From: Alkalispirochaeta sp.
Lineage (GTDB): Bacteria; Spirochaetota; Spirochaetia; DSM-27196; Alkalispirochaetaceae
Length of the DNA: 64,000 bases
Assembly: GCA_965601925.1 (NCBI GenBank)
Contig: OZ271854.1
Location: 1,440,001 to 1,504,000 of the forward strand
Direction of reading: 5' to 3'
The notes below the pieces were generated by a model that searched no databases, was not told the origin of the DNA, and saw nothing but the letters and a program-made list of their open reading frames with translations. Position numbers and translations under genes: made by a program. Below are positions 1 through 8,885 of this stretch, in pieces (the stretch's first letter is position 1; the number at the start of each line of letters is the position of its first letter).

Positions 1-675
1 CGGACGATCCACCTCAGTCCCTCGCTGTTGTCGGCGGATTACGGCGCGTTGCGAGACCAGGCGCTCGCGGCGACGGAAGCGGGCGGAGACTCGATCCACA
101 TCGATATCATGGACGGCCACTACGTGCACAACCTTTCCTTCGGTCTCGATCTCATTCCGGCTCTCAAGCGGCACGTTCGCGTTCCCGTGGTAGCACATTT
201 GGAGATCGCCCATCCCGACTCGTGGATAAACGACGTCGCACACTCGGGCGCCGATATGATCGTCGTGCAGGAGGATGCGTGCCCCAATCTTCCGCACACC
301 GTGTCGGCTATTCGAAGGTCGGGAGCCGCGGCCGGCATCGGGATCAATCCCGATAGAACATTCCGTCGGATCGAAGCGCATCCGCACGTCCTCTCCGAGA
401 TAGATCTGTTGATCGTGATGGGAGTCTATCCCGGCTTCGGCGGGCAGGTATTCGCCGCGACGACTACATCCAACATTCGTACAGCCGTCGGCCTCCGCGA
501 ACAGACCGCCTCACACTTTGAAATCGCGGTGGACGGCGGTGTTAACGTCGCCACAATACCCGATATCGTGGCCGCCGGCGCGCGATACCTCATCGCCGGA
601 TCGAGTGTCTTTTCGGGAGATATCGCAACGAACATGGAAAACCTCCGCACGGCCGCACGCGGCGCGTCCGCCTAA
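1..675 (+). CDS. rpe: Ribulose-phosphate 3-epimerase (5' end probably outside window)
   Basis: Frame is open from base 1 (RTIHLSPSLLSAD); motifs HIDIMDGHYVHN, VYPGFGGQ, VDGGVN, AGSSVF. Confidence 0.92.
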   Translation, partial: RTIHLSPSLLSADYGALRDQALAATEAGGDSIHIDIMDGHYVHNLSFGLDLIPALKRHVRVPVVAHLEIAHPDSWINDVAHSGADMIVVQEDACPNLPHTVSAIRRSGAAAGIGINPDRTFRRIEAHPHVLSEIDLLIVMGVYPGFGGQVFAATTTSNIRTAVGLREQTASHFEIAVDGGVNVATIPDIVAAGARYLIAGSSVFSGDIATNMENLRTAARGASA

Positions 676-725
676 CGGCGACCGGCAGCGGCGGTTCGAC
701 CGGACCGTCGCCGTCGCTGCGTATA

Positions 726-1331
726 CTACCGGCGGTGGAGGCCGATCCCAACGAGATAGCTCTCGAACGATTCGCTCCGAACGGCTTTAGGGCGAAACAG
801 AAAGCCGCGCTCATACCGCGTACGGAGTTCTTTCAAGAGCTCCCGTTCGCCACCCCCTTGAAACACCTTGCACACGAGCACACCACCGCTCGAGAGCCAT
901 TGCTCGGCATAGGCTACGATCAACTCCACCAGCGCCTCGCTCCGTCCCGTGTCGACGATTCGATTGCCGGTGGTCGCGGGCGCCGCGTCGCTCAACACCG
1001 CATCGAACGGCCCCGCCTCCGCAAGGCGCTGCGCAACGGCCGGATCGGTGAAGTCTCCGACGAGGCACTCCGCGCCGGTGACCTGCATCTCCTGAAGGTC
1101 GACTGCGACCACATCGGCGCCCCGTTCTACGGCGTACTGCGTCCACGATCCCGGTGCGGCACCCAGGTCGAGCACACGGAACGCCGGTCGAGCGCCCCCA
1201 TTCCGAGCCCGCGGAAAGATCTCGAACTTCTCGTCGATCGCTTCGAGTTTGTATACGCTTCGCGCGCGATACCCTTCGGTCCGGGCACGGCGCGCGAGAT
1301 GGTCCTGTCGTCGTCGGCCTTTCTTTGCCAT
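726..1331 (-). CDS. rlmE: 23S rRNA Um2552 methyltransferase RlmE/FtsJ
   Basis: GYRARSVYKL, VLDLGAAPGSW, SDAAP, KVFQG, SFESY motifs. Confidence 0.93.
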   Translation of the reverse strand: MAKKGRRRQDHLARRARTEGYRARSVYKLEAIDEKFEIFPRARNGGARPAFRVLDLGAAPGSWTQYAVERGADVVAVDLQEMQVTGAECLVGDFTDPAVAQRLAEAGPFDAVLSDAAPATTGNRIVDTGRSEALVELIVAYAEQWLSSGGVLVCKVFQGGGERELLKELRTRYERGFLFRPKAVRSESFESYLVGIGLHRR

Positions 1332-1353
1332 CGATACCGCGGATTGCACCGCC

Positions 1354-2355
1354 TCAGCGTGCGCCGTCTCCCGCGGAAACCAGCGCGTCGAGAAACCATT
1401 GCAACGCCATATCGGCCTGATCGGGCAGATCCTCGTGGCCGAAGTCGGGGTAGAGGATCATACGCTTGGATCGTACCGAACCGAGACGGTTGTACGCGGC
1501 GAACTGGCTGGACGGGGGACATATCTCGTCCATGAGACCGGTAACCATCACCACCTCGCCCTCGATTCGTTCGGCAAGGTACTGTACGTCGATGTAGCCC
1601 AGACGTCCGAAGAACTCATCGATACGGTCGTGGCGCGGATCGCGACGCTTGAGCCAATGGCGAATCTCCTCGTAGGCTGAGTCGCCCGCCTCGAGATCCC
1701 AGACCCTCCGATAGTCGCTCAAGAAAGGGTACACCGCCCAGGCGTGGCCGATGCGCCGATCAAGTGCGGCGCAGGCGAGCGTGAGAGCGCCGCCTTGGCT
1801 CGCGCCATAGGCGCCGAGACGGCCGGAGTCGATGCTCGGCAGCGCTGCGACGAGGCGAACGACCGTTGCCGTATCCAAGAAAATCTGACGATACATTAAA
1901 TCGTCGGGCTCACCCTCGATGCCACGGACGATGTGTCCGCGCTGCGTGTTTCCGGGAAGTCCTCCGGGGTCGGTCGACTCGCCGCCCTGACCTCGTACAT
2001 CGAGGGCGACTACCGCGATACCCGCTGCGGCATAGGGCAAAAGCGACGACCAATCGCCGGCGCTCCCCGTATATCCGTGAAAGCGAAAGATCGCAGGCGC
2101 GGGGCGCGCGGTATCGACGGGAAAGACGCAACGAGCGTGGAGCCGCGCGCCGCGGACTCCGGCACAGTACAGGTCCGAGCACTCCGCGAACGGAACGCGA
2201 AAGGTCGACTCCCGCCACTCGGGATCGAATCCATGCGTCTCCAGCTCATCCAGCTCGGCGAGGGCGCGCTCCCAATAGCGATCGAAATCGATCGGTCGCG
2301 GACTCGACCCGCGATACTCCTCCAGTTTTTTCAAGGACATATCGATCGTCGGCAT
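1354..2355 (-). CDS. Acetylxylan esterase / cephalosporin-C deacetylase (CE7)
   Basis: FHGY, DVRGQ, GASQGG nucleophile elbow, DEICPPSSQFAAYN, GHE. Confidence 0.9.
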   Translation of the reverse strand: MPTIDMSLKKLEEYRGSSPRPIDFDRYWERALAELDELETHGFDPEWRESTFRVPFAECSDLYCAGVRGARLHARCVFPVDTARPAPAIFRFHGYTGSAGDWSSLLPYAAAGIAVVALDVRGQGGESTDPGGLPGNTQRGHIVRGIEGEPDDLMYRQIFLDTATVVRLVAALPSIDSGRLGAYGASQGGALTLACAALDRRIGHAWAVYPFLSDYRRVWDLEAGDSAYEEIRHWLKRRDPRHDRIDEFFGRLGYIDVQYLAERIEGEVVMVTGLMDEICPPSSQFAAYNRLGSVRSKRMILYPDFGHEDLPDQADMALQWFLDALVSAGDGAR

Positions 2356-2496
2356 GGCAGCCAGTCTACCAGAAGGGCCGAGGCCGCCACAATTCCGCCC
2401 CGCGTCGATATCGTAGGGGCCGTCAGCGAGACGTCGTGGTCAGGCCGTCGCCCCGCAGACTTGACCCCGCCGCCACTCCGGCAATACCGTTTTGCA

Positions 2497-3129
2497 ATGA
2501 ACCAACGCACACTCTGGCGGCGACCGCTGCCGTACTATAACGGGAACATCACGTTCATCCTTATCGGAATCAACTTACTCGTCTTTTTCATGACCAATCT
2601 GAACAACAGCATCGCGAGTTATCTGGCGATGAATCCGGTTCTCACGATCGGACAGGGCTTTTGGTGGCAGCCGGTCACCTACATGTTCGCCCACTCGGGT
2701 ATCTCGCACCTGGTCTTCAATATGCTCGGACTGTTCTTCTTCGGTACGCAAGTGGAACGGGAGTTGGGCAGCTGGGAGTTTCTGCTCTTTTATCTTCTGA
2801 CCGGTGTGCTGGCCGGCCTCTTCTCCCTCGCCGTCTATTGGTTTACGCAAAGTTTTCACGTATTCCTCCTCGGCGCCTCGGGTGCGGTCTTTGCGGTGCT
2901 CCTCGCCTTTGCAACCTTCTTCCCCAATGCGGAGATTTTCATATTCGGTATCTTCCCCGTACGGGCGTCGATCCTGGTGCTCGCCTACACCGCCATAGAG
3001 CTCTTCTCCCAAATGCGCGGCGGCCGCGGCAACGTCGCCCACCTCACGCATCTGGCCGGCTTCGCGTTCGCCTACGCCTACTTCGTCGTGCGCCACGGCA
3101 TTAGCCCATGGCGTCGTTTCTTCCGATAG
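2497..3129 (+). CDS. Rhomboid family intramembrane serine protease
   Basis: TYMFAH..HLVFNM, GASG, AHLTHLAG; real start is ATG 2497 (MNQRTLW). Confidence 0.9.
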   Translation: MNQRTLWRRPLPYYNGNITFILIGINLLVFFMTNLNNSIASYLAMNPVLTIGQGFWWQPVTYMFAHSGISHLVFNMLGLFFFGTQVERELGSWEFLLFYLLTGVLAGLFSLAVYWFTQSFHVFLLGASGAVFAVLLAFATFFPNAEIFIFGIFPVRASILVLAYTAIELFSQMRGGRGNVAHLTHLAGFAFAYAYFVVRHGISPWRRFFR

Positions 3130-3181
3130 CGACCGACAGGAGTGCGTCGAATCTCCCGCCACGGTTCGGCGACTCGATCAC

Positions 3182-3964
3182 GTGCGCTCTTCCGCCGATA
3201 ATCGAATCGTGAGACGATCGAACGCGCGGCGGAGCGCACTCCATAGCCGAGAGGCGCGCGACGCCCGCACCATCCGTAGAGCGCGATCGGTGTTGCCGTG
3301 GGGTAGAACGGTGGGCGTCGTCGTGTACGCACTTCTCGTCACGATATCGTCGGTTGCACAAACGGCGACACCTCCCGCGCCGTACGACGGGGTAATCACG
3401 CTTGAGATTTGGTCGACCGACGACCGCATCATCCACGGTGAGGAGTCGGTGGAGCGCCGCCTGCTGCAGGAGGGGCGCTATACCCTTTCCGGTATGATAC
3501 ACGGGTGGGAGTTTGTGTACGTGCCGGAGTATCCCGCGCGAAGTGTGGAGCGTCTATTCGAGCTCACTCCACTGGGGGAGATCGCGTGGGGAGATCCGCG
3601 TCTTACGGTGCGTGATCTTCGCGACGAACGCACTACCGTCTACGGACAGCTCGATTATCGCCTCTCGGAGGTCGACCGGGCGCGCGTGCGACGGTGGCGC
3701 AACCTTACGGCGGTCCGTTCCGACGGATTCGGCTCCGCGCCCCTGCTTCTCGGGCTTGGCGGCAAGGAGCAGTCGATCGAAGAGGCGATTCATCGGGCGA
3801 TACGCGACCATTTGCGCAGCCGCAGCTTCAACCGTCCCCGGGAGGCGACGGGTCTGGTCGTATTGGCCGAACCGCCCGACGTCAGAACCGTAGCGGGAAC
3901 GTACGAAGCGCGAGTTTCGGTGCTCGTACACCTCATCGAGGTGGTGGAGTATCGTGTGTTTTAG
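3182..3964 (+). CDS. Hypothetical exported protein (start uncertain, probably further downstream)
   Basis: Long ORF with a hydrophobic signal-like segment (VGVVVYALLVTISSVAQ); fills the gap between rhomboid and rsgA. Confidence 0.65.
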   Translation: MRSSADNRIVRRSNARRSALHSREARDARTIRRARSVLPWGRTVGVVVYALLVTISSVAQTATPPAPYDGVITLEIWSTDDRIIHGEESVERRLLQEGRYTLSGMIHGWEFVYVPEYPARSVERLFELTPLGEIAWGDPRLTVRDLRDERTTVYGQLDYRLSEVDRARVRRWRNLTAVRSDGFGSAPLLLGLGGKEQSIEEAIHRAIRDHLRSRSFNRPREATGLVVLAEPPDVRTVAGTYEARVSVLVHLIEVVEYRVF

Positions 3965-3994
3965 CCGGCCGCGACGCCGCACGACGCCACGACC

Positions 3995-5104
3995 CTATCG
4001 TCCCTTGTATCGTCTCATCTCCATGGCGATTCGCTTCCATTTCCTCTGCTCCTCCGCCTCTGCGCGAGCATCCCTCCGCCGTTCGAGATAGGCGAGTTCC
4101 TTCTGCATATCGAGATAGCGTGCGTAGCGCTCGTAGGGGAGCTCCCCCGTTGCAAGGGCCTCTTGGACGCGACAGCCGGGTTCGCCCTCGTGGCGACAGT
4201 CCGAGAAACGACACTCGGCGGCAAACTCCTCAATCTCGGGAAATGCCGCGTCGAGATCGCCCTCGTCGCCCCAGAGTTGTAACTCTCGCAGTCCCGGGAC
4301 GTCGGCCACCAAGGGGCCGTCCGGAATGAGATATAGCTCCTTGTGCGTCGTCGTGTGGCGCCCCTGTAGATCGCCCGCCCGCTGCGCACCCTCTCGGGCG
4401 AGCTCGGTGAGCCCGGCCCGACGCGCAAATGCATTGAGGAGCGCCGATTTGCCGACGCCGCTCTTGCCGAGCATGCCGATCGTCCGGCTCTGCCCGGCGT
4501 GGTTGAGCAGCTCGTCGAGACCGTCGCCGCGGACGGCGCTCACCGCGCAGACGGGAACTCCGGGAGCGAGGGCTTCCGCCTCGCGGTGTACGCTCCGTAT
4601 GTAGTCTTCCTGGGCGCAGTCGGTCTTGTTGAGCACGACGACCGGTTGGGCGCCGGAGTTCCATGCAGCAATAACCGCTCGCTCCAGCATGCCGACGGTG
4701 AAGTTGCGCCCCCCGTCGAGACCGAACACCAAAAGCAATACGTCGATATTGGCGGCGATAACCTGCTCGACGGTTTCGCCTCCGGCGACGTTGCGACTCA
4801 CGGCGCTCCGGCGCGGAAGGAGCCGCTGAATCCGCCCGTTGTCCGACTCGATTAAGACCCAATCGCCGACCGTGGGATAGTCCACCGGGCCTGCGGCGCG
4901 GTACGCAAATGCACCGGACACTTCGGCGGCTCGGTGCGTCGCGTCGGGAGCGGCGACGATTTCATAATGGTGGTGCACCTGTCGAACGACGCGTCCCGGG
5001 ACGAGATGGGGCTCGTCGGTGCGGAGCAGCGCTCCCCACTCGCGATCCCAGCCCCACCTCACCAACGCGGGGTATCTATGTTCGAACGAATGTTCTCGTT
5101 CCAT
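3995..5104 (-). CDS. rsgA: Ribosome small subunit-dependent GTPase A (circularly permuted GTPase)
   Basis: AANID, NKTD, GKSGVGKS, GRHTT, DVPG, Zn finger CRFSDCRHEGEPGC. Confidence 0.93.
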   Translation of the reverse strand: MEREHSFEHRYPALVRWGWDREWGALLRTDEPHLVPGRVVRQVHHHYEIVAAPDATHRAAEVSGAFAYRAAGPVDYPTVGDWVLIESDNGRIQRLLPRRSAVSRNVAGGETVEQVIAANIDVLLLVFGLDGGRNFTVGMLERAVIAAWNSGAQPVVVLNKTDCAQEDYIRSVHREAEALAPGVPVCAVSAVRGDGLDELLNHAGQSRTIGMLGKSGVGKSALLNAFARRAGLTELAREGAQRAGDLQGRHTTTHKELYLIPDGPLVADVPGLRELQLWGDEGDLDAAFPEIEEFAAECRFSDCRHEGEPGCRVQEALATGELPYERYARYLDMQKELAYLERRRDARAEAEEQRKWKRIAMEMRRYKGR

Positions 5105-5112
5105 GACCTCTC

Positions 5113-5493
5113 CTACTCCTTAACCAAACGCGAGCTCATCAGCATCTCCAGGGGAAAGGGGAGACGCGATAAGGGTCGTGCCGCGATCGCCAAAAGCGAT
5201 GCTTCGTCGTCGTCCCCCGCAATCCGGTTGGACCGAATGAAACCGCACCGCTCGCAACGATGCAAAATGCTCCACTCTCCGTTTCCCTGGACCCATACCG
5301 CTATCGGAATCATCAGCCCTCCACATCCGGATCGCCGATCTCCGGAGCGCAGATCGACGTGCTTGGAGCACAGACAATGCGGACAGTGGTTACGATTGGC
5401 CGTGCCGGAATCCGTCGCTTCGACGGTCCGGCCACAATGTTCGCAGACGAATGTCTCGCTCGACTCGCTGCCAACGCCGTGACTTCTGGACAT
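5113..5493 (-). CDS. RNHCP domain-containing protein
   Basis: CEHC, RNHCPHCLCSKHVD, CGG, HRCERC, NRIAGDD. Confidence 0.9.
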   Translation of the reverse strand: MSRSHGVGSESSETFVCEHCGRTVEATDSGTANRNHCPHCLCSKHVDLRSGDRRSGCGGLMIPIAVWVQGNGEWSILHRCERCGFIRSNRIAGDDDEASLLAIAARPLSRLPFPLEMLMSSRLVKE

Positions 5494-5621
5494 GGGAATA
5501 CCCTCGATGCCGTCACGAAATATGTATTGTGTGGTAGTAGATGCTCTGTTCGTTCGAGCTGACGTGAAGGACTACTTCACGGTGTGACTTGTGGGTTTAC
5601 TCTCAAGAAAGGTGGGATGGG

Positions 5622-5662
5622 AAAGAAAAGAGTCGTTCGACCAACGGTCGTATGAACGCTCT
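5622..5662 (-). terminator. Intrinsic terminator / attenuator in the RNHCP-rsgA leader
   Basis: Minus strand AGAG-CGTTC-atac-GACC-gtt-GGTC-GAACG-a-CTCT followed by TTTCTTT. Confidence 0.7.
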
Positions 5663-5711
5663 ACCGCTCCTCACCTCCGAACACGAGCACCCTTCGTACC
5701 GTGGCAGACAT
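5661..5711 (-). CDS. Putative leader peptide MSATVRRVLVFGGEER
   Basis: AGGAGG Shine-Dalgarno 6 nt before ATG; stop overlaps the terminator stem. Confidence 0.6.
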   Translation of the reverse strand: MSATVRRVLVFGGEER

Positions 5712-5741
5712 TAACGACCTCCTCATAACAAAAGATGGTCC

Positions 5742-5771
5742 AGGATATCCGCGAGATGGCATCATCGTCAA
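5742..5771 (-). promoter_or_regulatory. Sigma70-like promoter of the leader/RNHCP/rsgA unit
   Basis: TTGACG-18 nt-TATCCT. Confidence 0.55.
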
Positions 5772-5893
5772 GTGCGTATGCGCGTCTACGCGGACGCGTT
5801 CCGTGACCGGGCAGGCCCGGCGAAGTCGATGCCCGTGATCCAATTGAGGACGCTACACGGCGGGACGCCGCAGGTCGAGTCACGGTTCGATAA

Positions 5894-6640
5894 TCACGCC
5901 GTAAGGAGAAGCGGCCGTTCCGCGGTGACGAGGAGTGTATGCTCGAGGTGCGCCGATACGTTACCGCGCCCGACGCCGATAGACCAGCCGTCGGCGTCTT
6001 CGGCGGTTCTCGGCCTTCTTTCGGCGATCATCGGCTCGATGGCGACCACCATGCCGTCGCCGAACACGTCGCGCTGGCGCTTGATCCGGTAGTTGGGGAT
6101 GGTAGGCTCCTCGTGGATGGTACGCCCGAGTCCGTGACCGCACAGCTCCCGCACGACGTGAAATCCCGCCGCGTTCACCGACCGCTCGATCGCACCGCCG
6201 ACTTCATTGACCGGTACTCCGGCGCGCACCACGGCCAACGCCGCGGAGAGCGCCGCCTCGCACGCCGCTATCAGGCGCTCTCCGGCCCGGTTGGCACCGC
6301 GTCCGCCGACCACAACCGTGCGCGCCGTGTCGGCGACGAAGCCGCGATACTCCGGCGTCACGTCGATCGATACGACGTCACCGATTTCCAGGGGACGCTC
6401 GTCGGGCAATCCGTGAACCACGACGTCGTTTACCGAATAAAAGGCGTTGCACGGCGCATCGTAATGCCGTTTGGGGGCCGATACGGCTCCCGCGGCGGTC
6501 AAGAGTTTTCCGCACAACCGGTCGAGGGCCGCGGTCGTCTCCTTGGACCGGACACGCTCTACGAGCGCGGACAAGATATCTCGCGCAATCCTCGAAGCCG
6601 CGATGACTCCGTCGAACTCTTCTTGCGTGGTGATCGACAC
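5894..6640 (-). CDS. map: Type I methionine aminopeptidase
   Basis: SVNDVVVHGLP, DVT..GFVADTART, GHGLG..IHEEP, AIEPM, SAHLEHT. Confidence 0.92.
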   Translation of the reverse strand: MSITTQEEFDGVIAASRIARDILSALVERVRSKETTAALDRLCGKLLTAAGAVSAPKRHYDAPCNAFYSVNDVVVHGLPDERPLEIGDVVSIDVTPEYRGFVADTARTVVVGGRGANRAGERLIAACEAALSAALAVVRAGVPVNEVGGAIERSVNAAGFHVVRELCGHGLGRTIHEEPTIPNYRIKRQRDVFGDGMVVAIEPMIAERRPRTAEDADGWSIGVGRGNVSAHLEHTLLVTAERPLLLTA

Positions 6641-8025
6641 TACTCCGTATCTCCTTTGGCCGGTCCGTTTCTTCCGCGACGCTCGCCCGCCACCGTCGAC
6701 CGAATGGCTAAGATACGGCGCGGACGAAAAAGGAGCAACGCGGCGCGTCCGACCGACCAGTCGCCGAGCCGATCCAACCGGCTCACTACGATTACGGCCG
6801 CCAACACCACTCCCGCGGCGATACGAAAGTACGTGCGATAGATATCCATACCGAGAAAGCCCTCACTCGCCAATACCGAGAGCAAGCCGCCGCCGAAGAC
6901 CGCACCGATGAGGCCGGTGGTCGCTCCGGTGGCGGTTCTGAAGATGATTGCACTTCCGACACGGTCGGATCCCGAGGTGACGTTGAGGAAGTAGTGGTTT
7001 GCGGCGGATAGTATCCCGAACTTGCAATACCCCGCCAAGAAAAACGCGCCGATCGTCGGCCCGACCGCCAATGTGTCGGCCGCAAAGGCCCAGTATGCGG
7101 CGATCATCGTCAGGGTCGCTACATAGATAATGAGAAGCGGCCGCGGACCGACCTCGTCGGCGATGACGCCGTTGACGAGACTGGCCGTCATGCCGCCCAA
7201 CAAGGTCAACAGCGTGAAACCGAGGGCTTGGTAGTCTGAAATGCCGTATCCGTTCTTGAGCGTGATAATCGCAAAGGGGATAACCAACGTGAAGGATGCG
7301 AAGCTTGCGATCCACGCAAAGAGTAGCTTGCGCATTCTTGCAACCCGCCACACGCGACGGACCGTGTCGCGCAAGGGCAGACTCGCCGACTCTCGGGGCA
7401 CGCCCGACTCGGGTACGCGATTGAGGACGATTCCGACGTAAATTCCGATTGCGGCCCCGACGGCGATCATCGCCTGAAAGACACTCGTCGAGGAGCTCCG
7501 TCTGAGGAGAAGGATCACGATGGTCAACGTGATCATTTGGGTCATCGTGGCTCGAGCCCAATTTCCCGACAAGAAGCGTCCCCGATCGTCGGCGGTGGTA
7601 ATCTCTCCGATGACGGGTGAGTTCCCCACCAGTCCGATTGCGCGAAACGCGGCAAACCCAAAACCGCCGACAAGGATGATCGCCGTACGTATCGCCTGCG
7701 GCGCACTGCCGGGCACGAAAGGTGCGGCAATCATGATCGCGGCGGAGACGCTTCGGAGTAGCCACCCCGTGCCCCAGGTCCGCGCCGCTCCGTGGCGCGC
7801 AATCGATACCTTTCCGAGGACCATGAAGGGCATCGTGAGGTGCATGAAGGAGGCCAACGTGGCGACGGCCGCGTCTCCCAGTCCGTTTCGAATCGCGTAG
7901 AGGATGAGCATGCTATCGAGGAGCAACGCCACGGAGACGCCGTTGAGGGTCGCGAAGCGCCGCACCAAACGCTGTCCTCGATCGATATCGGAAGATGCCA
8001 GTCTGCGAGAGGGTAACGCCGCCAC
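6640..8025 (-). CDS. MFS transporter
   Basis: About 12 hydrophobic segments, GVIADEVGPRP loop motif; stop overlaps the map start. Confidence 0.8.
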   Translation of the reverse strand: MAALPSRRLASSDIDRGQRLVRRFATLNGVSVALLLDSMLILYAIRNGLGDAAVATLASFMHLTMPFMVLGKVSIARHGAARTWGTGWLLRSVSAAIMIAAPFVPGSAPQAIRTAIILVGGFGFAAFRAIGLVGNSPVIGEITTADDRGRFLSGNWARATMTQMITLTIVILLLRRSSSTSVFQAMIAVGAAIGIYVGIVLNRVPESGVPRESASLPLRDTVRRVWRVARMRKLLFAWIASFASFTLVIPFAIITLKNGYGISDYQALGFTLLTLLGGMTASLVNGVIADEVGPRPLLIIYVATLTMIAAYWAFAADTLAVGPTIGAFFLAGYCKFGILSAANHYFLNVTSGSDRVGSAIIFRTATGATTGLIGAVFGGGLLSVLASEGFLGMDIYRTYFRIAAGVVLAAVIVVSRLDRLGDWSVGRAALLLFRPRRILAIRSTVAGERRGRNGPAKGDTE

Positions 8026-8085
8026 AACGGGTCTCAGTGTACGGACTTGGGCAGCCTCCGTACAGAGCTCGGGATCGCCGACGCG

Positions 8086-8589
8086 CTACGAACGCGCCGA
8101 ACCATCTCCGTCGGCGATATCCGGCGGCCACGCTACGACAAACTCCTCGAACACGACGGGAATGTCGTCGGAGAAGGGAACACCGAGACGTTCGTGTTCG
8201 GAACGAAAAAATCGTCGGTGCTCTTCGAGCCAATAGTTGCGACTCTTGTCACCCTCGCCCTCGCGCCACGCAAACTCGTCGGTAACGCTCGAAAGCGGTG
8301 CAATGTGCACCGATACGGTACGAATGATGCACCGGGCGCATCGTGCGCCGTCGTAAACAATCGAGTAGTCACCGGACCGCGGAACCGGTTCGTCGGAGTG
8401 TCGGAGACTTTCCACGCTCGTTGCGGTGGCGCGTTTGGTCCCGGCTACGACCAGTTCCGCCAGTTCGGTCTCCATCGCCTCTCCGAGTCCGAACGCCCAC
8501 GCTCCCGGCGAACGCGTCGAGTCCGCGTGGGCGGCGGCTCCCGTCGCATCCAGAAAATCGTTCCACATAGCCTTTGCCGACTCGTTCAT
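8086..8589 (-). CDS. ASCH domain-containing protein
   Basis: AFG..LAELVVAGTKRAT, FAWREGEGD..W..H..FF, VVFEEF. Confidence 0.88.
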   Translation of the reverse strand: MNESAKAMWNDFLDATGAAAHADSTRSPGAWAFGLGEAMETELAELVVAGTKRATATSVESLRHSDEPVPRSGDYSIVYDGARCARCIIRTVSVHIAPLSSVTDEFAWREGEGDKSRNYWLEEHRRFFRSEHERLGVPFSDDIPVVFEEFVVAWPPDIADGDGSARS

Positions 8590-8645
8590 ACGAGGACCGT
8601 AGCGCGCCGCTCCAACGGTGTGCAACAATACGCGCTCTTTCTTTG

Positions 8646-8802
8646 AAAAAACGCCGGAGCGGACAAAGCCGCCGGACCGGCTTTGCAGCTCAGTTGGGTA
8701 TGCGGTATACCTACGTCACCCTTGTAGCCTTCCCCTACACGCTCCGGGATGCGTTGACGCGGTCTCGCTCCCCTGAGCCGTCGATACATCTCCGCCCGGT
8801 GT
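8646..8802 (-). ncRNA. Structured ncRNA candidate (6S-like long hairpin); strand tentative
   Basis: Nested pairings GCGGA/TCCGC, GGCTCAG/CTGAGCT, GGG/CCC, GCG/CGC, ACC/GGT, GCGTCA/TGACGT; side hairpin CAAAGCC/GGCTTTG; ends in T6. Confidence 0.5.
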
Positions 8803-8820
8803 AACCGCGGCTGTAGACAG

Positions 8821-8864
8821 CTACCCTCCGCCGATCGTTCGCTGGCGATCGGAGAGGGTCGTAG
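8821..8864. terminator. GC-rich hairpin downstream of phnE (possible terminator)
   Basis: CCCTC..CCGATCG / CGATCGG..GAGGG inverted repeat; no clear U-tract. Confidence 0.4.
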
Positions 8865-8885
8865 TTACCGTTCGAGTTTCGATCA

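Noticed and set aside
8651..8802. tRNA, SRP RNA, HDV-like ribozyme or known riboswitch
   Set aside because: No T-loop/CCA cloverleaf and no SRP GGAA-loop motif; HDV P2 and J4/2 cannot be formed; cobalamin/TPP/FMN cores are absent.
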